Source of the DNA: Oopsacas minuta
Lineage: Eukaryota; Animalia; Porifera
Reading direction: 5' to 3'
DNA length: 64,000 nucleotides
Assembly (NCBI GenBank): GCA_024704765.1
Contig: JAKMXF010000318.1
Coordinates: 62,001-126,000, forward strand
The translations under genes were made by a program, and so were the position numbers. Positions 37,190 to 47,751 of this stretch are shown piece after piece. Each line of letters starts with the position of its first letter. Positions within the stretch are counted from its first letter, which is position 1. Under the pieces are notes generated by a model that was not told where the DNA came from, searched no databases, and saw only the letters and a list, made by a program, of their open reading frames with translations.

Positions 37190-38257
37190 TCAGTGTCTTC
37201 TATGACCACCATGATGACCATGATGAGGTCTATGATGACCATGATGACCACCCTGATGAAGAGCAAGAGCAGCACCATGATGATGGCGACGACGATTATT
37301 CTGCTGCTGTCTGCGTTCAAAGAATATAAAATCAATCAAGAAGCATGCACCCAACACAACCGCTTTCATTCGTACATCTAAATCCATTGGGAAGGTAATA
37401 CCGAAGTTATCAGCTGTTGTGAATAATTCCTTGGCTAGCCCACTAAACTGTTTTGTCACATTTCCTACATTTAATCCATCCATAGTCGAAACTTCAAATA
37501 CAATATCACCATATGGCTTACAACACAGGGATGCCATACTACCAGTAATAGTGAGTATTTCCCGATCCTCTGCATCTAGTATGAAGAATTTGGGATCCCA
37601 ACATGTACAATTTTGAGTTATGTAGCCTACCACTGTACCAGGAGGGGATTGAACCTCCATTCTCTGTTTGAACCAACAACAGAAACAGGGCCCTGAACAA
37701 CTGAATTCACGTGTCATGTGGATAACTTCATTATGCGCATTGTCCAGGATTGATAGCGTGAAAGGACGATTTATTCCGCAGCATTGTCTGCAAAATGGAG
37801 TACTGTCTTCAGCTGCAAAGTATATCTGTTGTCCTAAAGTATTTTTCACGATGTAACGATTCGCAGTTTGATATGCTGTTACTACCTCCCACAGTTCTAC
37901 CTGTTGGTGTACCAGAATCTGATCTATCTGTGTTAAGTACTCTAGTCCGGGAGGACAGTTAGCTAACCCTGTGGGAGGAGGCATCCATTGGATTGGCTGC
38001 GGCTGTGGAGCATCAACAGTTTGTGGCTGGGAACCAGGTGGCACTGGGAATGGAGCGATTCCTTGTGATTGGACGTAAGGAGCCTGTAGCTGTGGCTGGG
38101 AACCAGGTGGCGCTGGGAATGGAGCGATTCCTTGTGGTTGGACGTAAGGATCTTGCGGATGTGGTTGTGGTTGTTGCTGCACAACAATTTGTGTTACAGG
38201 TCCTTGTTGTTGAACCTCTTGACTTACTGGTACTTCAGGATTCTGTTCATCCGACAT
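37190..38257 (-). CDS. PLSCR: Phospholipid scramblase B with His/Arg/Gly-rich C-terminal tail
   Basis: Same scramblase core, a duplicated YVQ.QGIAPFP.PPGSQPQ N-terminal motif, and tail NNRRRHHHGAALALHQGGHHGHHRPHHGHHGGHRRH. Confidence 0.95.
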   Translation of the reverse strand: MSDEQNPEVPVSQEVQQQGPVTQIVVQQQPQPHPQDPYVQPQGIAPFPAPPGSQPQLQAPYVQSQGIAPFPVPPGSQPQTVDAPQPQPIQWMPPPTGLANCPPGLEYLTQIDQILVHQQVELWEVVTAYQTANRYIVKNTLGQQIYFAAEDSTPFCRQCCGINRPFTLSILDNAHNEVIHMTREFSCSGPCFCCWFKQRMEVQSPPGTVVGYITQNCTCWDPKFFILDAEDREILTITGSMASLCCKPYGDIVFEVSTMDGLNVGNVTKQFSGLAKELFTTADNFGITFPMDLDVRMKAVVLGACFLIDFIFFERRQQQNNRRRHHHGAALALHQGGHHGHHRPHHGHHGGHRRH

Positions 38258-38801
38258 GATTTCCTAGAAATTACTAATGAAAGCATTGTTAATTTGTTTA
38301 TGGCTAATATTGTCATAAAAAGAAATGCCTTTCATGTGGTAAAACAAGTAATTAACGAAGTTTCTAGTTTGTTATGTTTAATTAGTTATTTTGTTGTTGT
38401 AGAGCTTCCTATTCCGATTGGTTTAGCTTAAATTCAACAATTTACCAGAAGAAGATATATCATTCATGCATACAAATTGTAATATGACACCTATGATAGA
38501 TCCCAAATTGCAAATTATTGGTAAGATGATCACAAAAATGTGATAAACATAGAAAGAAGATATACAAACCTGTTATGAATGGAAAATTTGCAGTATAATG
38601 CAAAAAGATTATGCTTTGTTCGTCATATTTACTGTACACTGGAATTCATTTGTTAGCACTCGTGTTTTCCGCGCGAATTTTGTTAAGGGAAAAAATTTTT
38701 TGTAGGGAATAATTTACTATATCGGCTATATTTCACACAACAAATATATTACAAACTCTCTAATAAATGTTGTTATGTATCTATGTTTGAGTAGAACTAT
38801 A

Positions 38802-39866
38802 TTATCTACGTCGTCTCGCTCTTGGTTGATTTTCGAAGAATATATAATCTATCAGGAAGCATGCACCAATCATGACGGCTTTCATTCGTACGTCCAAATC
38901 CATTGGGAAGGAAATACCAAAATTATCAGCTGATGTGAATAATTCCTTTGCGAGGCCACTCCATTGTTTTATCACACTTCCAACAACCGTGCCATCTAGA
39001 CTTGCCACTTCAAACTTTATTTCAGGAGCATATTGCAAACAACATAGAGCTAACATGCTCCCGCTTATAGTGAGTATTTCCTGTTCCTCCGCGTTCATAC
39101 AGGTGAATCGAGGGTTCCAGAAACTACAATCTTGGCGTACGTAGCCTATGACTTGCCCTGGAGGTGATTGAACCTCTAATCTCTGTTTTATCCAAAAACA
39201 GTAACAGTGAGTGGAACATGCGAATTCTCGGACCATATGTATAACTTCTTTCTGTGAATTGTCTAAGATTGACAACTCAAATGGACGATTTATTCCACAA
39301 TATTGTCTGCAGCATAGATTGCTTTCTTCAGCTGCAAAGTATATCTGTTGCCCTAATGTATTTTTCACGATGTAACGATTCGCAGTTTGATATGCTGTTA
39401 CTACCTCCCACAGTTCAACCTGTTGGTGTACCAGAATCTGATCTATCAGAGTTAAGTACTCGAGTCCAGGAGGACAGCTAGCTATCGCTTCGGGTGGAGG
39501 CATCCATTGGATTGGCTGCTGTTGTTGTGGAGCACCAACAGGTTGTTGTTGGGAACCAGGTGGCGCTGGGAATGGAGCGATGCCTTGTGATTGGACGTAC
39601 CCTTGAGGTGCCGGTCCTGGAACACCTTGTGGATTTTCAGGCCCGAGTGGAGGAGATTGTGCATATACTTCAGATTGTCCATATCCTTGTGGTATTACAT
39701 GCACTTGTGCTGGTAGTTGTTGTGCTTGAGGGATTCCTTCTTTTACGTCATCTACAAACGGTTGCTTCGGTTCATCATCTTGATGGACTTCAGGCTGTGC
39801 AGACGTCTGTTCAGGAACTTTATTTCCTTCTTCAGATTCTGTGATACTACTTAGCCCTTCTGACAT
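38802..39866 (-). CDS. PLSCR: Phospholipid scramblase C
   Basis: Scramblase core, acidic/Pro-Gln N-terminus, ends ENQPRARRRR. Confidence 0.95.
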   Translation of the reverse strand: MSEGLSSITESEEGNKVPEQTSAQPEVHQDDEPKQPFVDDVKEGIPQAQQLPAQVHVIPQGYGQSEVYAQSPPLGPENPQGVPGPAPQGYVQSQGIAPFPAPPGSQQQPVGAPQQQQPIQWMPPPEAIASCPPGLEYLTLIDQILVHQQVELWEVVTAYQTANRYIVKNTLGQQIYFAAEESNLCCRQYCGINRPFELSILDNSQKEVIHMVREFACSTHCYCFWIKQRLEVQSPPGQVIGYVRQDCSFWNPRFTCMNAEEQEILTISGSMLALCCLQYAPEIKFEVASLDGTVVGSVIKQWSGLAKELFTSADNFGISFPMDLDVRMKAVMIGACFLIDYIFFENQPRARRRR

Positions 39867-40194
39867 TATTATACGTTATATCAAAAGGTTATTAATCAAA
39901 AAATAATTCTCATATATTTGTAGTTACACTGTACCTATTGGTATGTCACACCGTCTATCAACTATTTTTGCTGTTATTTAATGTAACATATACCCTCTCA
40001 TATCTCTTCCAAATTTATAGCGCTAAATTGTACATTTTCACTAGCATAGTGTATTTCTTAATTACTGAATAATTATACGAGATTATTTGGTAACTTTTAT
40101 GTGCTAGAATAGAATTATGTATTCTCTTATTGGCTCCATTATGCCTTATATGGTATTATTATCCTTTAGGCATATATGTTAAGAATGAATAGAA

Positions 40195-40320
40195 GAATTC
40201 AGAAAGCCATATTTCCCCCTAAAACGTCATTAATCCACCATTGTATTGGAATAGTAGAGCTAACATGTGTTATAGTGAGTATTTCCTGTTCCTCAGCCTT
40301 AGCGTTCTACCTGTGTGGAA
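40195..40320 (-). pseudogene. Scramblase-derived remnant (decayed fourth copy)
   Basis: Minus-strand ggaacaggaaatactcactataa..catgttagctct matches scramblase C. It is flanked by an imperfect direct duplication (~40025-40177 and ~40396-40531). Confidence 0.6.
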
Positions 40321-40573
40321 ATTGTTTTTTGGCATTTGAGGCGTGTGGAGATAGAACATGCTCTGTGGATTTTTAATTTTTACTAAAAATAACTAAATTG
40401 TACACTTTCACTAACCGGAGTGTATTCCTCCAATACAGTTAGTGTTATTCAATTTACTGAATAATACTTAGTAAATTTGATGTGTCATATCGGCTCCATA
40501 TGGTGTTAGTATTATCCTTTAGGTATATATGTATGTAGGAGGATATTTTCTTTAGACAATTCTATTTGAAGAG

Positions 40574-40972
40574 ATGGCTAATCGAGATGAAGAGAAATCT
40601 AAACAGAAAAACGCGCCATTATCCTCATTACCGCCTCTCTTCTCTCAACAGCTGTTGAATAAGAAAAAGCTTGCTGAACTCATGAACGAGATTGATCCAG
40701 ATAAAGTACTGGATGATGACGTAGAGAATTTTCTGTTACAAATAGCTGATGATTTCTTAGAGAATGTTATAACTCAATCTTGCATGCTTGCTAAGCACCG
40801 TAAATCTGGAAATTTAGAGTTGAGAGATGTCCAATTGTGTTTGGATAAGAATTGGAATATCTGGATACCTGGATTTGGTAATGAAGAACGAAATCCTCCA
40901 AAAAAACATGTACCTTCTGAGTCACATAAACAACGGCTTAGTCAGATAAAAAAGGAAGCGAGGAAATTATGA
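40574..40972 (+). CDS. TAF12: TFIID subunit 12
   Basis: Histone fold LNKKKLAELMNEIDPDKVLDDDVENFLLQIADDF...LAKHRKS..LELRDVQLCLDKNWNIWIPGFG. Confidence 0.95.
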   Translation: MANRDEEKSKQKNAPLSSLPPLFSQQLLNKKKLAELMNEIDPDKVLDDDVENFLLQIADDFLENVITQSCMLAKHRKSGNLELRDVQLCLDKNWNIWIPGFGNEERNPPKKHVPSESHKQRLSQIKKEARKL

Positions 40973-41222
40973 TTATTATTTGTGATAATATATATGAGAT
41001 ATTTTGTAGCTTATTGTGTCGAGGGTAATTACACTGATATTAATACAGCTGGGAAAATGTATATTTTTATGACGTCAAGAAGGTGCTAAAATCTCCTTTT
41101 TGGTCCGGGAATTGGTTATAACGATGTTGTAGATTTTAGTGTTCCTTTTCATTACGAACGTAAAACTTCAGCTGTATGATCTGTTAAATACTTTTGTTTT
41201 ATTAATTAGCTATTTAGTCGGG

Positions 41223-44200
41223 ATGTCAGGTTCTCCAGCTGCTAGACAAGCTACACCTCCTCCAGGAAATACAGATGCTCCTAATAATGAGCTCTATGTT
41301 CCTTCTGAGTTATATAAACAGGTTTGTGTTGTATCTTACTTCTTACAATATTTATATATCGGTAATCTGTATGGGATATCTGTGAAATACGATTTGGTCT
41401 ACAGATACTACAAAATCTCTGGTCTCTTAACTCTAAATCGTAAATCCCGCGATTGAATAGTGAGATTATTCACGATCTCACGATTTGAGAGTTCCCAGTT
41501 TTGAGATGTAATTTTGATACTTTGCTTGCACAGGAAATTCCCCGGAAATTTCCATTAATTGTTCTCAATCAAATTTAAGTGGGGACGAATACTCCCTTGT
41601 CCCAGTTCCTCATCCTTCACCGTCCTAATGATAATAGACTGATTCAGCTTATTCATCGCATTATTATTTGTTTTTAGGTAAATCGATTTCTGGAACGTTT
41701 CTTCGATCCTTCCCCTGTTCCTATAGAGAGTAAGGTGGATCTCTCTCGCTTGATGAGTGCTATTCCCTTCGAGACAATCCTAAACATTTTATACATATAT
41801 TTCTGTCCCGAAGGAGAAACACACCCTGATACTCCTAACCCCTCACTAAGGGCAGGAGGCACACAATTAGGGGCTGTAGTTAGTACTCTTGTACCTTATG
41901 TGAGTGTAGCTTATGATATAGAACAGTTAGATCATGTTGTGGGTCGTGTTTCTAAGGAATGTTCTGAGTGGATAAGAGAGATGATATGTCTACCTGATTT
42001 CACTGGGACACTATTTCATTCTGATACGTGAGTAGTTTTATGTCCAGCTATTTATTGATGATTATTTTGGTTCAAACCCAGTGTAACCTTCACAAACGGA
42101 GAGACCGTTCCTCCGTTGTTGGAGGTTCATCTGTATTTTACTAGGAATTCGCTCTCTATATTTTTCTCTCCGATTCCAGGAGTTCCCCGTTTCTACAGGT
42201 CACATTTGTAGAAGTTTTACTGTATTGAGTATTCACGTCCATGGTCCATCTTTCATTCTCACATATTTCATAAATTATACTATCTATCTCAATAATTTAG
42301 CTATTATCTATTACAAATACAATGTTGGTAACATTCAGTGAAGAAGTGAAAGAGAAACTTCCTCAACTACTATCAACACTAGACCCAGAGCTCCTACTAC
42401 CTGTGTTTAGACTAATTGTGAATAACTTTATGGGAAGACAAAGTTTCCATGAATATACCGCGTTTATGAAACAAAATACAGCATTTTCTGGTGAGAATAG
42501 TAAATTCTTAATGAAGGCTATGCAAGAGGTTTTCTATCAATCTTCAAAGGTTAATTTATCTGAGCAAGATTTCCTTGATTCCTTACAGTTAATTGATATT
42601 ACTGACGCTGGTAAAGATCTATACACTGTGTATCGTGAGAATTGCATGCAGTTACGTGACTCGCTTAAACAAGGCATAGCAATGACGTCATATTATGATT
42701 TAAAATGGCGAGTTGAAGTACAAGTAGCCAGGAAGGTTCTACTACAAGAGGCTGTACCTAAAATTACTCTATGTCTCACGCTAGGTAAGAAAGGGAGGGT
42801 CAAAAATCCAGAAGATTACGGTATAGCTAGACGCGGAGATTTCACTGACCTACAAGACCATATCTTACAAATGGACCCTAAAACTCTTATCAGGGTAACA
42901 CGTATACTGGAGGAAGCTCTCAGTGAGGCTACATCTCCATATTGTAGAAGAATTAAGAAGCTTCTCAAATAAAATATAGTATATCTATGACTGAATAATC
43001 TTGTAATGTATACTGTGTTGAATACATCTATGTTGTGTAATATTCAATGCTATATTCGTGTATATTATAAGAGAATTGTTATGTGATATATTTAGAAGTT
43101 ACCGAAATAGTTGCTATATACGCACAATTTGATTAAACCTCTCAATATATTTATTTATTATGATGTGATCCTATAGGAGATGTATAGGAGGGTTGGGTAA
43201 AATAGCACAACTAGCATTACACCAAAGGTACCCAGCTTTATATGAAGAAGGTCCAGCAACACTTGTTTCTAACCCTCCCGTCATATATATCAGTCCAGCT
43301 GCTCCTGAACATCTGGAATTGCAACTAGCTATATCTCTATCAATAGGACGTAATTCTATTGTGAGATTACCACCTGTTACTATTGGATGTCCTATTATTG
43401 ATGTAGATAAGTTTGAAGAGATTATAGCCAAACATAATAGAGAAGGTATTCTCATTATTTATTGAATTATTCTTTGTGTAAACGAATATTTTATCTCCAA
43501 TTTGGTTACCTTTCAAACTACAATAAACTCGCAGATATTTCGACATAACGGGAGCTTACTGTATTTAAGATATTTTTGGGATATATTTACTTATTATTAC
43601 TTCTACTTAATTCTAACAAACAAACACAAACAAACTAACAGAAATAGAAAAATTATTTTTTCCTATAAAAAATAATATCTAATTATGTTCATTTAATTTG
43701 TTTGACATTTCTGTTATCGCTTTGGTTGCTAAGTAAATTACTTTATTATCATAAGATATATTTTGACCTTCCTCATCACATAATCTATCTTGTAGCTGCT
43801 TCATGCCTTGGTCTAATTGGCTACATTTGTGTCTCTTGAGTCTCTTCACCCATGGTCCATTTTTCTCCTCTTGCTTTTCAATCTTTCTTTTTATTTGTCC
43901 AGTTTCAATACATTCCTCTTTAATTTCCATTTATTTCTTAACAAAGAATAAAAATTGATATAATTCACACGCCTATTATTATATTACGTATTATGATATA
44001 ATTTATGCGGGATGATTGGACTTGATTTAGTTTCTAAATCTAAGGAATTTTATTTGAAGCATTTCTGTTTATATGTACATACTGTTCCTCAAATCAGATG
44101 TATTCTTGTAAGGTCGCTATTCATGAGTACTGATATTCGTTTCGAGTGGATTTACTTTATCATAAAATGTATACAGGTAGACGCCCCTTACTCCTGCTGG

Positions 44201-47200
44201 CATACCTGGGTACACCAGATACAGGACATACAGATAATTTCAGTCGCTTAAGCTGTGTATGTTCCCTAGAGAATATTTGGCTCCATCTAGCCGGTATATC
44301 TCTATCTAATCTCGTACTTTCACACAGACAGAATTTATCATCTCTTACAAGTATTGTAACACAGGGTAACTCGCTTACTCTTGATATTGGGCTATGGTTT
44401 GGCTTGCCTACTCTACCTAATGTAACTTTGTACAAAGAGAATGATGCTGTAATCAGTAACAGAGACATAATGCATAAGCTGATTGGACTTAAGAATAAGC
44501 AGGAGTATCTACTTCCCATCGTTGTATGGACTACTATCCTCTCTATAGGTAAACACATCGCTATACCAACTTAAATATTTCCTAGATTTAAAAGGCAGGG
44601 GTAATGAAACGCATAAACTAACGAACAATTTTATTCCCACGCGAAATGCAGATATATTGTATAAGTTTACAGATAGGCGGATACGTCATTATGAATTGAT
44701 ATTACGAAGGTTGTATATATTATCAAATATATTGAATTATATTAATTGTATGTATCTGGATGTTAGGTAGAAAAGGCCTGATCAGTACAGTAGACTATGC
44801 TATGGGTATAGCTACCGCTATAATACAAGGACTATGTGATATACATTCTATCAAACTGATATCTCCGGAACATGCTAGCTTTATGATAAGGTTCGGTTAT
44901 AAAGGCCCTCCCTTCTTATTGAAGAGAGGTAATGATACTACTCAGGGAGCTACAGAAGAGCCTACACAGTATCTACCTGTAGAGGTAAGGCTTTTAAGGG
45001 ATATAATCACTACGTGTAGGAGTTGAAATGTTTTTTGAAAATTTTTCAAAAATTGTGTTTTACAACCATCGTCTAAAGTTTCACAGAGAGCCGAAAACTG
45101 CCATTTACACTGTGCAACCGAATTATAATACACATGCATAAACTTAATAGTTATACGATTCTCAATACAAGTACACTATCATAAGTAATTCGCAATAATC
45201 TTCACTACACATAGAACACACATCAATTCTGCTGTATATTCTGCCTATAGTATGTCCTCACTGCATTCATTTGTTCAGCACACATTCTTATATGACTCCT
45301 CCTCTCCCTAATCCTCATTACAGCTTCATCTGGTGTTATCCCATGCTTATCCATTAAGTAGCAGGCTACTACTGTTGTACTACGCCCTCTACCTGCTTTA
45401 CAATGTACATACACACTTTTACCACTTAAACCTATCTCATTTATGAAATCTATTCCTAATTGGATGTTTTCTTGAGTCGGTGCACGGAAGAAATCTACTG
45501 TAGGGAGATGGCGTTGGATTATGTTTCTAGCTCTCCACTCATCAGCTGTTGGCATTGTGTGTTTTATCTCAAAACTTTCATTCATTGTAAGCACTCCACC
45601 TATATTTTCATTATAAATGTCTGGTAAGAATGTTCGTAGAGGAAGAGCACCAAGAACTACCTGATTGTCTACCCTGTCGAACCAGCGACGTGTTTCACAT
45701 CTGTTCAAGTAGTTGAATAGGAGAGATGGATAGAAGAATACACGCGAGTATATCCTAGCGAAAAGTTCTAGGAAGAATCCTGGCATTGTAATAATAATAA
45801 TAATAATATAATTCTAATTGGATTAAATAATATGAATAAATTTGTGAGTTACAATGGCCTCTGTATATTTGGGATATTTTCACTAAAGATATAAGCTCAT
45901 ACAATTTTGAATTTATTTTTAGATAACAAATGACTTTTTCGATGTAATAAGTGAATCTTTGCTACCAGACTTTCCTACTTTAAATCTGATAGAGGGTCCT
46001 GAAACGAATGAGCTTCGATACTTCACGATAGATGTGTATCACTGTTTCACTCAGTTAGGAGCTGGCTTGGAAGAAGTGGATAAGTTTATTAAGAAACTGA
46101 AGTTAATTACTGAGGAACTTGATGCTACTCTCTATACACGAGTGAAGATTAGTAAGCATTTTCATAAAGACATTAATTTGTCTGTAAAAGAAGTTAAAGG
46201 TAAGATATTCACAAATACATCAGTCAATTCTGGTGATATCGAAGCTCAAGAGATCGTGATAATTACTTAGATGACCGATGGAATATACAGTCAACTACCC
46301 GTTTTTATATCCAATTATGAACTTGTACAAATATGTTCTCAATATAAATTTCATCATATTGAACTCTGCTTATATTGAAGATTCGAAATAATTATCGCGG
46401 TCTCTAGAACTTGGATGTAACGGGAGTTGACTGTATTGTACTTCTCCATATTTCAAAAATAATTCTGACAAGCACCTGTGATAAATATGCCGTACTATGA
46501 ATAGAATGTCACTATCGTTACAAATTGTAATATATATCAATTTATCTAAAACAGGTCGTACATCAACAGCTTGTATCCACTATATGCCTACTAAACTAGT
46601 GAACTCTCCTGCCCTGAGACCTGAGCAGATAACAGAGCTCAATAAGGCTAATCGTAAACTAGCAACACATATGAGTGGAAAGCATCATGCGTATGGATAC
46701 TGTGTAATACAGGATTATGTGTATGTTGAGCTTGGTAGGATAAAACCAGGAGAACAACAGGATGTGCTGGAAACTTTCAATGAAATAAAAGAACAAGCAA
46801 ATCAGTGAGTATACATAGTTATGTCTACAAGAAATTGTATTAAATGGAGTTCAATTAATTTGAAGCATCTATATAGTATGTATTCTGATTTATGAACAAT
46901 GGAGAAAAATCTTCTAAAATTAATACTTTGTTCTACAAAAACTTCTCAAAATCTTACTATTATAATTCCCTACAGATTGGATGTAGATTCAGATCAGCTT
47001 GAGGTTCTCTCAGAGCAGGTAGCTGCAGTACTCTCTAACGCACAAGCAGAATTAGTAGAAGAACAAGATAGAGCCTTCTGGGATGAAGGATTAATACGTA
47101 AAGTCCCTTTAATCGGCTCTGTAGTTAACTGGTGGTCTCCTTACAATCCACAACCTACAGGACGTAGTTTTAACTTTATTTCCGGTAAGATGGAACCTAC

Positions 47201-47351
47201 TGCAGAAGTGTACAAGAACAAAGCACAACTTACTACTGATGAAACAGGATTATCTCTTGCAGACTCATCACTCATATCTGCTTCTAGTCTTAGCATTGCA
47301 TCAAAAACTGGGTCTGTTGAATCGCCGTTGAAAGAGAAACCTGAACCTTGA
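41223..47351 (+). CDS. PDXDC1: Pyridoxal-dependent decarboxylase domain-containing protein 1
   Basis: Eight exons join in frame: 41223-41321, 41678-42027, 43177-43445, 44177-44548, 44767-44984, 45923-46199, 46555-46804, 46976-47351. Motifs LALHQRYP...PVIYIS, GTPDTGHTD...IWLHLAG, SLTLDIGLWFGLP and EGLIRKVPLIGSVVNWWSP...GRSFNF. Confidence 0.88.
42079..42222 (+). mobile_element. MITE family B copy
   Basis: cagtgtaaccttcacaaacgg...ccccgttt...gaagttttactg|ta, ~100 bp upstream of COMMD2. Confidence 0.7.
42322..42972 (+). CDS. COMMD2: COMM domain-containing protein 2, nested same-strand in PDXDC1 intron 42028-43176
   Basis: MLVTFSEEVKEKL..., COMM signature YYDLKWRVEVQVARKVLLQEAVP and LQMDPKTL.....LEEAL.E...PYCRRI. 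Intronless. Confidence 0.9.
   Translation: MLVTFSEEVKEKLPQLLSTLDPELLLPVFRLIVNNFMGRQSFHEYTAFMKQNTAFSGENSKFLMKAMQEVFYQSSKVNLSEQDFLDSLQLIDITDAGKDLYTVYRENCMQLRDSLKQGIAMTSYYDLKWRVEVQVARKVLLQEAVPKITLCLTLGKKGRVKNPEDYGIARRGDFTDLQDHILQMDPKTLIRVTRILEEALSEATSPYCRRIKKLLK
43679..43930 (-). CDS. 83-aa bHLH-like microprotein, nested antisense in PDXDC1 intron 43446-44176
   Basis: KRLKRHKCSQLDQGMKQLQDRL...NISYDNKVIYLATKAITEM follows bHLH spacing (basic region, helix 1, loop, K.IL..A...I..L-like helix 2). ATG start, with an acceptor-like ttaag 6 nt upstream. Confidence 0.45.
   Translation of the reverse strand: MEIKEECIETGQIKRKIEKQEEKNGPWVKRLKRHKCSQLDQGMKQLQDRLCDEEGQNISYDNKVIYLATKAITEMSNKLNEHN
45223..45786 (-). 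CDS. PTPMT1: Mitochondrial phosphatidylglycerophosphatase, nested antisense in PDXDC1 intron 44985-45922
   Basis: FARIYSRVFFYPSLLFN, LGALP, MNESFE, PTVDF and intact VYVHCKAGRGRS. Intronless. Confidence 0.95.
   Translation of the reverse strand: MPGFFLELFARIYSRVFFYPSLLFNYLNRCETRRWFDRVDNQVVLGALPLRTFLPDIYNENIGGVLTMNESFEIKHTMPTADEWRARNIIQRHLPTVDFFRAPTQENIQLGIDFINEIGLSGKSVYVHCKAGRGRSTTVVACYLMDKHGITPDEAVMRIRERRSHIRMCAEQMNAVRTYYRQNIQQN
46288..46433 (+). mobile_element. MITE family A copy
   Basis: ta|cagtcaactacccgtt...ttggatgtaacgggagttgactg|ta, in PDXDC1 intron 6. Confidence 0.85.
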
Positions 47352-47751
47352 TGAATGGGTGTGTCACACTTTTACTAATTCCTTGTAGAGCTATCACTAA
47401 GCTAACTCATTCAAAATTATTTTTGTAAATAAGGGCAGATTAGACAATCTTATTTACTTTATTGTGATCTTTAAACCAAATTTACGGTATCATATACAGT
47501 AGAATTAAATGCTGATAAGTCACATTTAATTACCATTAACTGTCTAATAATTATATTTCTCATATTATAAGTTTTCTTTCATTTTCTTCCGCTTGAGATT
47601 TTACAAGAAATCCATATAATATTGGCAAATAATTGCTTGAAATTGTTATTTATGGGTGTAGAACTTGGAAATCTAGGCGATGATTCGAAAATCCCGGGAA
47701 ATTATTGTAAGTGGTTAGTAAGTATGAAAACCTGTATAATTTTTAAGCTAA

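Noticed and set aside
41431-41490. Short inverted repeat ctctaaatcgt...acgatttgagag
   Set aside because: Single copy with no TSD; not enough support.
44430-44470. Missing PLP-binding Lys in PDXDC1 (SLTLDIGLW at ~44370-44400 and downstream)
   Set aside because: Absence of this Lys is, as I recall, a general feature of PDXDC1 orthologues rather than a novelty.
45787-45810. (ATT)n tract immediately before the PTPMT1 ATG
   Set aside because: Short microsatellite in AT-rich DNA with no evidence of function.
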